Source: a virus
Lineage: Duplodnaviria; Heunggongvirae; Uroviricota; Caudoviricetes
DNA: 64,000 nucleotides
Virus record (IMG/VR): IMGVR_UViG_3300042892_005180
Location: 1 to 64,000 of that record
Reading direction: 5' to 3' (one strand)
This document shows, piece after piece, positions 52,996-62,519 of this stretch (within the stretch, counting starts at the first letter, position 1; each line of letters starts with the position of its first letter). Position numbers and translations under genes: made by a program. Under the pieces are notes generated by a model, which made no database searches, was not told the origin of the DNA, and was given only the letters and a program-made list of their open reading frames with translations.

Positions 52996-54670
52996 CGTCT
53001 CGCTCGGCCTGCTTGTCGAGTTCTTTCAAGTAGAGGTCGTAGCTGCGACGATTCAGCAGCGAGGCCGAGAACAGAGGCAAGAGTTTATTCTCGTCCCACA
53101 GAACCTCTGATTTCTGGATGGTGAACATCGCGTACTCGTTGAAGTTATACTTTTCTGCGTTCTGGCCAATGTTTTCTACGAAGGAATCGAGTTCAGAGAA
53201 CGTCATGTCGTTCTCGACGATGTTGTCGAGTTCATATGTCGCGATGACGATTTGGTCTTTGTCGTTGACCTCGGCGCCCATCGCGTATGCATAGGCGAAC
53301 TCGAACGCCTTGCAGCGTCCTTCGAAATATTTTTTGCCGAAGTATTTCGAGGCGACAGGGAAGCGGTCCTCGGCGACGATGAACTCATTGGAGTCGATCT
53401 GGAATTCAAGATCGTCTCCACCGAATAGGTTTCCCTGCTGGGTGGGCGTCACGCCGAACTCGTGCTTGGCTATCTCGGCGAGGACATCGGGTCTGAGTTC
53501 CTTGAGGAACCCCATGAGGGTTTCCACAAACGTCCCGTAGGAATCCGTGACCTCGTTCTCCTCCAGGTATTCGAGAACGTCTTCATCCTTGACCGATACG
53601 GCACGGTAGAGTTTCTCGTCGCAGATGAGGTCTTCTCCGTCCCAGAAGAAATATTTGTCGTTCACTTCGTTGATGGCAGAGACGATCTTGTCGGCCGTCT
53701 TGTCCGTCAGTCCTTCTGCGCGATACAGTTCCTCGGCATTCATAAGCGTGGGCTTGAGTTCGAGGAGTTCATCCGCGACATCTTCATCCAGGTCCGAAAT
53801 CGAGAAGTTGTTGGCCGCCAAATAACCGCCCCCCTTGATTCCTGCGATCATGTCGAGGCGCAGAAGAGGGATGATGTATTTGTGGTATTGGGGCGCCGGT
53901 TTCTCGTTGCCGCGCCCCTTCATCTCACCGAGATATCCGTCAGAGTGCAGAATGAAGGTCAAACAGGGATGCCATTTGCCGGTGTCGGTCTGGCGGCGCA
54001 GAGACAGAATCTTTTGTGAAGTCCCCGCAGCAGGAGAGTTTCCGCAGTGCCCCATAGCTTTCGCCTCGGCATCGCATGACGCCTCATTCAGGTTGAACCA
54101 CACGTAGCCGTCCTTGAAGTCCATGATGACTTCATGGTGATCAAGCGCGTCGGTGTATTGGCTCTGTTTCTTCTTCCAGTCGTCTTCGGCCAGAGCCATC
54201 TGGCGATTGTAAATGTTGGGCGAGATGATGCCCATGTCGGGCACCACGGCGCGAAGAGCCGGGATGGAATCGTAGTGCTCGATGACGTCGATGTAGTTTT
54301 TCGCGTCTCGCATGTCCCCAAAGTCCTGGAGGAGGACGGTGGTGTTGATCTCCCATTTCGCGGCCAGTTCCTTGAGGAATTTGTTCTCGTTGGGGTCCTG
54401 GCCATTTGCCTTGCAGGCTCGATTTATGACGTGAACCTTGGCCAAACGGAGGACCCAGGTGATGCGATCTTTCTTGCTGCCCCGCTCGACGCCTTGCTCA
54501 TCGACTTTTCGGCCGAGTTTGGTCCTGCATTGCTCGATGATGGTCTGCACCCAGTTGGAGATGGATTCGCGCTCCTTGGGGTCCTTGACCGTAGACAGGA
54601 TGCCGTTGAACTGGTCCGTGAAGCTCTGAGCCTCGAAGAGGTTTTCCATCAAGGTCATGAGATCGCGCAT
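52955..54670 (-). CDS. large leader-like protein (MRDLMTLMENLFE..), 571 aa
   Basis: ATAAATACaccATG upstream. The leader variant ends L-F-E. Confidence 0.6.
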   Translation of the reverse strand: MRDLMTLMENLFEAQSFTDQFNGILSTVKDPKERESISNWVQTIIEQCRTKLGRKVDEQGVERGSKKDRITWVLRLAKVHVINRACKANGQDPNENKFLKELAAKWEINTTVLLQDFGDMRDAKNYIDVIEHYDSIPALRAVVPDMGIISPNIYNRQMALAEDDWKKKQSQYTDALDHHEVIMDFKDGYVWFNLNEASCDAEAKAMGHCGNSPAAGTSQKILSLRRQTDTGKWHPCLTFILHSDGYLGEMKGRGNEKPAPQYHKYIIPLLRLDMIAGIKGGGYLAANNFSISDLDEDVADELLELKPTLMNAEELYRAEGLTDKTADKIVSAINEVNDKYFFWDGEDLICDEKLYRAVSVKDEDVLEYLEENEVTDSYGTFVETLMGFLKELRPDVLAEIAKHEFGVTPTQQGNLFGGDDLEFQIDSNEFIVAEDRFPVASKYFGKKYFEGRCKAFEFAYAYAMGAEVNDKDQIVIATYELDNIVENDMTFSELDSFVENIGQNAEKYNFNEYAMFTIQKSEVLWDENKLLPLFSASLLNRRSYDLYLKELDKQAERDAKRAAEQAQGTKS

Positions 54671-54677
54671 GGTGTAT

Positions 54678-55109
54678 TTATCGCTTACGCGGCTTTGGGA
54701 CCTTGGGCGGTTTCAGGGCCGCGCGAGCAGCGGCGCGGGCGGTCGCCTCGGCCGAAGTTTTCTTCACATGACAGGGTACGCACAGGGTCTGGAGGTTGGG
54801 GAGCTTCCAGTATTCGAGATCGCCGTTGGATTCGATGAGGGGCTGGACGTGGTCGAGTTCCCACGGCACGTGGAAATCGTCGCAGACGGTCGGGCAATGC
54901 GCACAGTGGCCCTGGTCTCGCTTCCAGACGGCCTTGCGGGTCTCCTGGGGCCAGTAGATGACCTTGTAGGCGCGGACGCACGGCTTGTGCCAGTTGGCCC
55001 GGCTCCGCAACCGACCCTTGTCGTCCAAGATGATCTCACCGCAGAACCGGCAGTATCCCTTGGGGGCGTTGTTGTAGTGGATGGGTTTCGGGGGCTTGCG
55101 ATGCAGCAT
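54678..55109 (-). CDS. HNH homing endonuclease
   Basis: ELDHVQPLIESNGDLEYWKLPNLQTLCVPCHVKKT. CTAAATAGgggATG upstream. Confidence 0.7.
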   Translation of the reverse strand: MLHRKPPKPIHYNNAPKGYCRFCGEIILDDKGRLRSRANWHKPCVRAYKVIYWPQETRKAVWKRDQGHCAHCPTVCDDFHVPWELDHVQPLIESNGDLEYWKLPNLQTLCVPCHVKKTSAEATARAAARAALKPPKVPKPRKR

Positions 55110-55243
55110 CCCCTATTTAGACAGGAGTTAACGCGCCCCGGAGATCAAGCGAACCAACCAGTTCGGCATTTTCTCTGCCAAACGGTTCCCGAAACGGAGA
55201 CCCCAAAGGTAAGCCCGGTCGTGTAGTGCTTTCATATTTCTGG

Positions 55244-55936
55244 TCAGTCCTGGAAGATTTCCCGAGGGCGGGCCCGCAAGCACTTGATCTCGCGCTTGAT
55301 GTTCCGCTCGGCAATCCACGCCCACTGCTGTACGGCTTCGGTGTGGAAGATCGTCTTCGGGTCGAGGGTTCCCAGGAATGCGAGGCGGCCAGCCGTATAG
55401 GCGTCCTTGCCCGCGAAGCTGTACTCGTGCCAGACACCACGCGCATACTCGCGATAGGCGTCCCAGGAACGGGCGAAGATGTGCATGTCGGCGTCGATCA
55501 TGATGCGGTCGAGAATGCCCGCGCTGTCGTCGAGCGTGTGGGCCTTCGTGAGATCGATCAGTCGGGTCACCTGAGTGGTGAAGTGGGGCCCGAAGCGCGT
55601 CCAGCAATAGTCGCTCATCTGCTTCGCACTGGCGTCCTCGTTGGCGCCGCCCTTGGCGCGGGCGTCATAGACGATGTCGTGGTAGAGGATGGCCATGCGG
55701 ACGTAGTAGAGGCCGTCGATGTCGAGCTTGCCGAAATGGAGGTCGATGAAGCGCAGGCAGTCGCGGATGTGGGTCAGGGCATGATAGCGGCGCGCGGGGT
55801 CACGATAGGCGCGACAGAGCGAGATGAACTCCCGAACCGAGGGGAGAATGCCATACTCGCGATGAACGCCGTGCCAGACCGACCACAGATAGGCGTAGTC
55901 CGAAAGCTTCATCTTTTCCATCGGACCCTCCATCAT
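55244..55936 (-). CDS. HD-domain phosphohydrolase
   Basis: YHALTHI ... LYHDIVYD forms an H..HD motif. Leaderless-type promoter TGGTTGACCA-17-TAATAG. Confidence 0.6.
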   Translation of the reverse strand: MMEGPMEKMKLSDYAYLWSVWHGVHREYGILPSVREFISLCRAYRDPARRYHALTHIRDCLRFIDLHFGKLDIDGLYYVRMAILYHDIVYDARAKGGANEDASAKQMSDYCWTRFGPHFTTQVTRLIDLTKAHTLDDSAGILDRIMIDADMHIFARSWDAYREYARGVWHEYSFAGKDAYTAGRLAFLGTLDPKTIFHTEAVQQWAWIAERNIKREIKCLRARPREIFQD

Positions 55937-56000
55937 GGCGTTCTATTAGCCGAAATCGTATTTATGGTCAACCATTATTCTCGTTGTCTAAATAGCTCTC

Positions 56001-56372
56001 ATGGACGTACAGATTCAAACTATCCTTGAGAAGTTCCCGTTTCTCTCTTACGGTTTCTTGCAGGAACAGCCCTACATTGGCATCATCCAGAACTCGGACA
56101 ATCAGCTTTTGTCCATGTATGTTCTGGACCTGATTCCAGATGAGAAGCTCCGCGTGGAGTTCCTCCGCATGGGTGAAATGTGGTGGTGGGAATCGAATCG
56201 TCAGGTGCCGATCAACATTTTCTTCAAGGAACGCTTCCGCCAGTTCCGTCCGTTCCTGAAGCACTTCGCCAAGGATTTCGAACTCGTCGCCGGGCCCGCT
56301 GTCTCCTTGCAGGAAACGATTGCCCGCCGCGTCCGTAAGCGTCAGGTCACTCTTCTTCGGAAGATGGACTAA
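56001..56372 (+). CDS. hypothetical protein (MDVQIQTILE..)
   Basis: CTAAATAGctctcATG upstream. Confidence 0.5.
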   Translation: MDVQIQTILEKFPFLSYGFLQEQPYIGIIQNSDNQLLSMYVLDLIPDEKLRVEFLRMGEMWWWESNRQVPINIFFKERFRQFRPFLKHFAKDFELVAGPAVSLQETIARRVRKRQVTLLRKMD

Positions 56373-56785
56373 TCTCGCGCGAAGGCGGCAAACTTGAGCT
56401 TGGCCTCTGTTGCCGCTGACAAATCTGTAAATGTGAAAATCACAGGTGTGCGCTCGCTCACCCTGGTGGCGAAGATCGGCATCACTGACCAGCGTTTGCC
56501 AGTCTGCGCCACCCAGTCGATCATCTCGCGCAAGGGTCCCTGCGTGATCTCGAACGCTTGCTGGGGCCCTTCGAGGTTCTCGTCGAGGTTCTCGAACCGG
56601 GCATCGTCCGCGAGACAGGTCACTGACTTGTCCACCCGGATAAGCTGGTAGGTGATGGTGACCATCTCGTCTTGGTCGAGATTGCTCGCAGCCGGTTTCA
56701 CCTCACCACAAGCACAGAACCAATTGTAGTCCTGGGGACTTTCTTCGAAGTCATACGCGGGGCGGATTTCGTAAGATAGAAACAT
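56369..56785 (-). CDS. hypothetical protein
   Basis: TTGACT-17-TAGGGA-5-ATG upstream. Confidence 0.45.
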   Translation of the reverse strand: MFLSYEIRPAYDFEESPQDYNWFCACGEVKPAASNLDQDEMVTITYQLIRVDKSVTCLADDARFENLDENLEGPQQAFEITQGPLREMIDWVAQTGKRWSVMPIFATRVSERTPVIFTFTDLSAATEAKLKFAAFARD

Positions 56786-56820
56786 GCTGTTCCCTAGAAG
56801 GACGGCTGATATCAGTCAAG

Positions 56821-57456
56821 CTAGAACTGGATGAGTTCGGGCTCGTTTTCCGCTTCCAGTTCTGCGGCAGCGGCCTCGCAAATGAGGTTCAACTGGACCA
56901 CGATGGAAACCGCGTAGGCGAGCGCGTGCGCGCGTTTGAACACATAGCCTTCGGCATCCGTGCTCCATACCTTGGCTTCGATTTCTTCGCGGGGGCGCCC
57001 GACAAGATGTCGTTTGCCCGGCCGCATCAGGGCCAGAACGATGGCGAGGTCTTCGATGGACTGCGGACGGATATTTTGGACGATGCCGAAATGGTTGTGG
57101 ATGTGGGACAGCATGGCGACGATGCTGCTGTGCTCGAACAGAGACCAGTCCGGGTCTCGGGCTACGAGTTCGTCGAGATGTTCATTGTCTCGGACGGACG
57201 CGTATATGGAATTGTTGAGGAAATCGACCTTGAAATACCCGAGTTGCCCCGTCTCGTCATAGGGGATGGATGAGTGGTTCGTGAACGGGTCCGTGGGGAC
57301 ATCCTGGAAGTATACGCCCGTGGGGTGACGGGTGATCTGGCCTTCCTTGTTGATCGTGCTCGCCGGGATGTGGAGCAGCCCTGACAGAGCCGCGTCGCGG
57401 TCTGCGAAATCGATATCGATGTCGGTGCTGACCGCGTGGTTCAACGAGCCCTCCAC
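56821..57456 (-). CDS. hypothetical protein (start at GTG/TTG coupled to the small upstream ORF)
   Basis: GC3 bias supports this frame only downstream of about 57450. The tool N-extension has low GC3. Confidence 0.4.
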   Translation of the reverse strand: MEGSLNHAVSTDIDIDFADRDAALSGLLHIPASTINKEGQITRHPTGVYFQDVPTDPFTNHSSIPYDETGQLGYFKVDFLNNSIYASVRDNEHLDELVARDPDWSLFEHSSIVAMLSHIHNHFGIVQNIRPQSIEDLAIVLALMRPGKRHLVGRPREEIEAKVWSTDAEGYVFKRAHALAYAVSIVVQLNLICEAAAAELEAENEPELIQF

Positions 57457-57587
57457 GCGGTGTGCATGCCCATGTAGGGGTCGGCCTCGCAGTCGTAGGA
57501 GAACATGATCAGCACCTGCGGGACGAAGGGGAGGACGGCGACTAGGCCGTCGTGGGCCGTGACAGCCATGACCCACGACAGCAACAT
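57441..57587 (-). CDS. small hydrophobic protein (about 48-53 aa, MLLSWVMAVTAHDGLVAVLPFVPQVLIMF..)
   Basis: Not in the ORF table. Very strong GC3 bias, and its stop overlaps the downstream start (TTGA). Confidence 0.4.
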   Translation of the reverse strand: MLLSWVMAVTAHDGLVAVLPFVPQVLIMFSYDCEADPYMGMHTAWRAR

Positions 57588-57641
57588 TGCGAAAAGTATC
57601 ATAGAATTATCTTAGATGAAGTTCGGGCCCGGACTCAATAT

Positions 57642-58118
57642 TCACGTTTTCGTATTATCGACCACGACTGAGAAGCCGTCTTTCTTACGGGGCGGCATCT
57701 TGATCGTGGATGGGGGTTCCAGGGTCTGGATGGCCTCGTATTCGAAGGACACATCGATATCGCCGACGCGATGGATGCGCATGACCTCAATGTGAGAATC
57801 CGACTTGCCTTCAATGCAGCGAATCAGGCCACAGACGAGGAAGTTCAGACTCCGAATGCTGGGGTCTTCGTCGTCCATCCGTTCGGCGTCCGTCATCTTC
57901 GAGCAGGCCTGGAGGGACTTGGTGATCATGAGACGGAAATGGAACGGGTCAAGGTCGCTCCATAGGAGCTTCCCGGCGAAGAACTGATGATGCTGAAGGT
58001 CAGCCAGCAGTTGATCTGAGTTGTTCCATTCCCCGTCCGTGATAGCGAAATCTTCGTCGGTGTAGAACAGCTTTACCCGCTTGTTGGCCACGTGGTCGTT
58101 GATCAATACGAGAGTCAC
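57642..58118 (-). CDS. hypothetical protein
   Basis: 158-aa ORF with GTGA coupling. Confidence 0.45.
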   Translation of the reverse strand: MTLVLINDHVANKRVKLFYTDEDFAITDGEWNNSDQLLADLQHHQFFAGKLLWSDLDPFHFRLMITKSLQACSKMTDAERMDDEDPSIRSLNFLVCGLIRCIEGKSDSHIEVMRIHRVGDIDVSFEYEAIQTLEPPSTIKMPPRKKDGFSVVVDNTKT

Positions 58119-58432
58119 ATATCACCTCGACGGTCGATTTTGTTCTCCAGGTCGCGCTCGATGCCGATAAGCTGACGACCCGTGCTCACCTGAGCGGCGC
58201 GAGAGTGATTGACGCCAGCGATCAGTCGGGTGATAGCCCGCTGTTGCTTCTGGATGTGGCGTTCAAGGTTGGTGACGCGCGCCTGAAGGGCGAGCACCTC
58301 GGGTGATGCAGCCACCTTGGAGATCGGAAGTTCCGGCACCTCCACGTCTTCGAAATCTTCATAGACGAGGTCTTCCAGCATGGCGCCGTATATGGCCTCC
58401 TGGTCCTCGGTAAACTCTTGCGTTTTCTTCAT
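58115..58432 (-). CDS. hypothetical protein
   Basis: 105-aa ORF. Confidence 0.45.
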   Translation of the reverse strand: MKKTQEFTEDQEAIYGAMLEDLVYEDFEDVEVPELPISKVAASPEVLALQARVTNLERHIQKQQRAITRLIAGVNHSRAAQVSTGRQLIGIERDLENKIDRRGDM

Positions 58433-59097
58433 AGGCCAAACTCCGCGAGGGTCTTCTTGAAGTATTCGACCTCGTCTTTGTATCTACTCATTTTCACTTC
58501 CCAGAAACCTGGGTCCAAATACGGTTCAATGATTGCCCATTGCTCGGGCGTGAACCGGGAGGTCATCTGATCAGATGCTCCACTGATATATATCAACCAC
58601 GGACTGATGCGGCCGGTCTGTATCCACGCGGTCGCTTGCGCGGGGCTGACGATCTTGAAGAAATCCGTCCAAGCGTGATCGGTGTCGGCTGCCCACTGCT
58701 GCATGAGGACGATGTTGCGCTCAATGGCGGCATCGGGCGTCTCGTTGCGAAGAAGATCGGTCAAGTAGGCCTGATAGACCTTTGGTGACCTCCACTGAGC
58801 AATCGGGATGCTCGACGTGACCAGAAAATCGATGAAGAGCGGGGCGTTTACTGCGGCGATATCAGTAATGTAGGTGCCGACCTTGACGAAATCGTTGTAG
58901 TGACGCGATTTGACAAAGTCCGTCCACGTCCGCTGCTTGGCTCCACGACAGTTCTTCTCGTAGAATTTCACATAGATGGACAGGCCCATCCGAACAGTCT
59001 TCTGGTCACGGTCGAGTTCGCGCCCTTTCTGGACGCACATGTGCGAGATCAGCGATTTCTCGGTCACGAACGCCTTGGAGCAGAACCCGCACTGAAA
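58429..59097 (-). CDS. C2HC zinc-finger-containing protein; start uncertain
   Basis: QCGFCSKAFVTEKSLISHMC. The tool ORF overlaps the 59099 gene by 110 nt, and GC3 supports coding only from about the zinc-finger onward. Confidence 0.35.
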   Translation of the reverse strand, partial: FQCGFCSKAFVTEKSLISHMCVQKGRELDRDQKTVRMGLSIYVKFYEKNCRGAKQRTWTDFVKSRHYNDFVKVGTYITDIAAVNAPLFIDFLVTSSIPIAQWRSPKVYQAYLTDLLRNETPDAAIERNIVLMQQWAADTDHAWTDFFKIVSPAQATAWIQTGRISPWLIYISGASDQMTSRFTPEQWAIIEPYLDPGFWEVKMSRYKDEVEYFKKTLAEFGL

Positions 59098-59098
59098 C

Positions 59099-59617
59099 TC
59101 AGGGGGTGGCGCCTTTTTTGACGGTTTCGCTTTTGTGCTTTTTGTCCCAGGCACTGATGACTTCCTTACGCTGTTCTGGACTGCAACCAGACCTATCGAC
59201 GAATTCAATGAATGTTTCCCTAGTTAGTGTGGAGATGAGCATGTTGACTTCGGCCTTATTTGCCATGGGGAAGAAATCCCACACAAAGGCTTCCACCTTA
59301 CTGGACTTGCTCGCTTCCGACTTCGGAAGGGGTATCCATTGATGGCGTTGGCGGCTCTGCGTCCCCGCCATGCTGATCAACCGGTATTGAAGCTCCGGGT
59401 GATCAGCTAGGTCGTGGAAGCCGCTGTTCGCGAACTCGTTGATGGCCATGAGGTAGTGATCATGGTCAGGCCCGGTGACTGCACTGGCCCACCGCAAACA
59501 CACGACGGGGACGAACCCCTTCTTGGCTTCCGGGGGTTGGCGTTCGAGGAAGGTGGCGTCCCGTCGATCAACGGCGGCCATCACATCAAAAATGTCGAGC
59601 TTGTGCTCTTTGCTCAT
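59099..59617 (-). CDS. hypothetical protein
   Basis: 172-aa ORF. Confidence 0.45.
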   Translation of the reverse strand: MSKEHKLDIFDVMAAVDRRDATFLERQPPEAKKGFVPVVCLRWASAVTGPDHDHYLMAINEFANSGFHDLADHPELQYRLISMAGTQSRQRHQWIPLPKSEASKSSKVEAFVWDFFPMANKAEVNMLISTLTRETFIEFVDRSGCSPEQRKEVISAWDKKHKSETVKKGATP

Positions 59618-59760
59618 CAGGTATGAAATCCAATAATGACCACCTTAGACCACACCTCCGAGGCCCAAACAATAAATAAGAGAAAGAGATTCCCATAGGG
59701 CTGCTCCCACTCCCTGTTGGTTGCTTGGAACCCCGGAGATGAACCGTCTCCGGGGCTTCC

Positions 59761-60009
59761 TCACACTGGCATATAAGCCATCCTCATAGTATAGTTGTCC
59801 GTTTCTTCTTTGTAGAGGAACAAACGAACGCGAGTGTCTTCTTCCGGGAGATGGCCGCCGCGAACGCGGACAGTGGCAATTCCGTGGCCCGAAGCGGCGA
59901 CAAAATCATCCACCATTTCGTACCAGAAATCAGGATAGACGGCACGAAGCCCAGGGCTCAGCACCGCCATATCCTCAATGGCCTCGATGGTCATTACGAC
60001 CAGGGCCAT
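59761..60009 (-). CDS. hypothetical protein
   Basis: 82-aa ORF. The TAA stop of the upstream small ORF abuts its ATG. Confidence 0.4.
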   Translation of the reverse strand: MALVVMTIEAIEDMAVLSPGLRAVYPDFWYEMVDDFVAASGHGIATVRVRGGHLPEEDTRVRLFLYKEETDNYTMRMAYMPV

Positions 60010-60138
60010 TTACTTCTTCGAAGCGAAGAAAGACTTCACCTTGGCCACGGCGGAGTCAATGAAGACACGCGTCGGGCCGGGGTAGAAATAGAAGCCGACT
60101 GCTACGGCGAGAGCGATTAGTCCGATGATTCCCCACAT
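60010..60138 (-). CDS. small membrane protein (42 aa, MWGIIGLIALAVAVGFYFYPGPTRVF..)
   Basis: Not in the ORF table. Good GC3 bias. SD AAAGGA. Its start abuts the upstream TAA stop. Confidence 0.4.
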   Translation of the reverse strand: MWGIIGLIALAVAVGFYFYPGPTRVFIDSAVAKVKSFFASKK

Positions 60139-60483
60139 TTATTTGGTATCCTTTGCGGTTGTGGTTGATTTCTTCTTGGCGACGCTGCCGCCATTTTTGC
60201 CGTTGTTGTCGTGGTCAAGCGGGTCACGCGTGGTCTCGACGACGGTTTCCGGTCCCGCTACTGCGGAAGCGGTGGGCGAGGCGGGTTGGGTTTCGACCAG
60301 GATAGCCTTGCGCTCGGGAGCGCGGGCAATCTGATCGATGATCTTGGCGTCGGTTTCGGCGGCGGTGTTGAACTGGTCCGAAATGGCTTCGAATAGAGCC
60401 AGAGTGGTTTCGTTCGCCTTGTTGTTGTCCGAGCGGCCAATGGCCTCACGGAGGGCTTCAATCAGGTTTGGAATATTGGACAA
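60139..60483 (-). CDS. hypothetical protein (MSNIPNLIEALRE..)
   Basis: 114-aa ORF. N-terminus possibly leader-like. Confidence 0.45.
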   Translation of the reverse strand: MSNIPNLIEALREAIGRSDNNKANETTLALFEAISDQFNTAAETDAKIIDQIARAPERKAILVETQPASPTASAVAGPETVVETTRDPLDHDNNGKNGGSVAKKKSTTTAKDTK

Positions 60484-60492
60484 AGTATCTCC

Positions 60493-60996
60493 TTAGGAAA
60501 AAATCTTGGTGATCTCTAGGACGTCGGGGAGCTTGTTCGTATCCTTGACAAAGAATACGCATGGAGGCTCCAGGCCGTCACGGAGGGGCACAGCGAGGAT
60601 ATGGCCGAACTTCAAGCGAGGCATGTTCCAGGAGAAATCTGGGAAGATGTTCTGGATACTCACCTCATGAAATTCCGGCATGTAGCCGTTCACGGGGTTG
60701 AAAGCGAAAACGTCGAACTCTCGGTCGTTGAGATGTTTGAGTTCGATGATTTCGATGCAGCCCATGTTCTTGTCGGCGATCACGACGCTCCAATCTAGGG
60801 GCATCATAATCCGGTAGGGACCTATCTTGAGGTCGGCTGCCGGGCGCGAGAAAACATCAAGGAACACCAGAGGGATGAAGAAAAAATCGACATTACTCTG
60901 ATCGCTGTAGTCGAGAACGCAATACCGGACATCGTCGATTTGGTCCGGGAGGTCGTTCATCGAGAACGTATTATTTTCGGGGGTAAGCGTCAGCAT
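60493..60996 (-). CDS. hypothetical protein
   Basis: 167-aa ORF. Confidence 0.45.
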   Translation of the reverse strand: MLTLTPENNTFSMNDLPDQIDDVRYCVLDYSDQSNVDFFFIPLVFLDVFSRPAADLKIGPYRIMMPLDWSVVIADKNMGCIEIIELKHLNDREFDVFAFNPVNGYMPEFHEVSIQNIFPDFSWNMPRLKFGHILAVPLRDGLEPPCVFFVKDTNKLPDVLEITKIFS

Positions 60997-61022
60997 TTAC
61001 ACACACAAGTAATCATGAGTAA

Positions 61023-62519
61023 TCATCGCACTTTTGACAGTATGGCGTCAACTACTTCGGTGTTTTTGTAGTCGATTTTCCGTGTCTTATGCTGATAGTT
61101 TGCATCGTCGTAGTAACCGCGACGCACACTGAGGTGACGACGTGAGAACTTGAGCGATGATGTGACATCGTAGATTTGAACGAAGTCTTTGTCGTGGGCC
61201 TTGCGGATGCCACGACCGATGGATTGAATGACGCGCACGAAGGACTTTCCGGGTTCGAGCAAGACGAGGTTGAAGATGCGGGGGATGTTGATACCCACGG
61301 CTGCGACGCCATAGGTGGCGATGATGACCTTGCTGGTCGCGCCCTGAACTTCCTTGTACTCCTTCGAGCGGTCCTTGGTCTTGACCTTTCCCGAGATGAA
61401 GACGCTGTCGGGAATCAGGGTCTGGAGGAACTCGCCAGTTTCGATTCGGTCAACGAGGATGAGGGTGTTTCCGCTATCGGCGATCTGCCGAGAGAACTCG
61501 CCCAGCCAGCCGATGCGCTCCTTGTCGTTGACGAGGAAGTCGTATTCGTCGTGGTAGTCCTTGAACTCCACGTGGCTGTCGTTGAACTGCATGATATCGA
61601 CCTGACAGTTGGCCAGGACGCCTTTGGCTTGCAGATCGCTCGCCTTGATCTCGCCGACCACGGGGCCCAGAGCGACCAGCAGGGAGAGGAACTCGTGCTC
61701 ATCCTTCGGGATGGTCCCGGTCAGCCCCCAGCGGATGGGAATCATCGCCATGGGTCCGCAGAGCAAATCCTTCAGTTCGGCTCCCTTGACGGTGTGGGTC
61801 TCATCGACCATCACGCAGACGACGTCCTTGATGAAGTCGTGGATGGTGATTTCGAGTTCTTCCCGCTTGCCCTTTTTGGAGAACACGGTCAGGGATTGCC
61901 ACGTGCAGATCGTGTGCTGATGACCCCACTCCTTGCGGTTGCCATAGAAGACGCCCACATCGAGACCCAGGTTGCGATAATCTTCTTCGGTCTGCTCAAC
62001 CAGTGACTTCGACGGAACGATCACGAGGGTGCGCCCGTAGGGTTCGCATAGCGATGACAACGACGCGGTCATCAGCGTCTTGCCAGCCCCGGTCGAAATC
62101 GATTGGACGGAGCGAAGGTTGTTCACGAAGTTGGTGATTGCCTCGACCTGATAGTCGCGCAGCATGATGGGCTCGCCAGCAATGGGGTGACCTTCCGGCC
62201 AGACCTTGTGGGCGAACATGTCTTCGCTGATCTCGGGGAACTCGAACTTGAACTTCGGACGACGGTCGTCGAGTTCAAGCTCGTAGCCGTCCTCGTAGAT
62301 CATCGGCAGAACGCGTTCGAGGAGGTTGTTGTAGGTGGCGCCGCCGACTGTGGCGAAGCTCACCTTGCCGTCCCATCGGCCCATCTTGAACGCGGGCATG
62401 TGGCGGGCATACGGAACGAGGAACTTGAGTTCTTCGTTGATCTTTCTTCTGATCAGTGGGTCGAGACCGTCGAACTTTACGTTCACGAAATCGGGGATTA
62501 CCAATGTGGCTGTCTTCAT
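61023..62519 (-). CDS. SF2 DExH helicase, T4 UvsW-like
   Basis: Walker A STGAGKT, MVDETH box, and SAT-like and QSIGRGIR motifs. TAAATACtaggATG upstream. Confidence 0.8.
   Translation of the reverse strand: MKTATLVIPDFVNVKFDGLDPLIRRKINEELKFLVPYARHMPAFKMGRWDGKVSFATVGGATYNNLLERVLPMIYEDGYELELDDRRPKFKFEFPEISEDMFAHKVWPEGHPIAGEPIMLRDYQVEAITNFVNNLRSVQSISTGAGKTLMTASLSSLCEPYGRTLVIVPSKSLVEQTEEDYRNLGLDVGVFYGNRKEWGHQHTICTWQSLTVFSKKGKREELEITIHDFIKDVVCVMVDETHTVKGAELKDLLCGPMAMIPIRWGLTGTIPKDEHEFLSLLVALGPVVGEIKASDLQAKGVLANCQVDIMQFNDSHVEFKDYHDEYDFLVNDKERIGWLGEFSRQIADSGNTLILVDRIETGEFLQTLIPDSVFISGKVKTKDRSKEYKEVQGATSKVIIATYGVAAVGINIPRIFNLVLLEPGKSFVRVIQSIGRGIRKAHDKDFVQIYDVTSSLKFSRRHLSVRRGYYDDANYQHKTRKIDYKNTEVVDAILSKVR

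Noticed and set aside
61001-61024. Direct repeat GTAATCAT x2 / ATGATTACT x2 between the UvsW-like gene and the 60996 gene
   Set aside because: Too short, and it lies within a gene end plus a 26-nt spacer. No further copies are evident, so it is probably chance.
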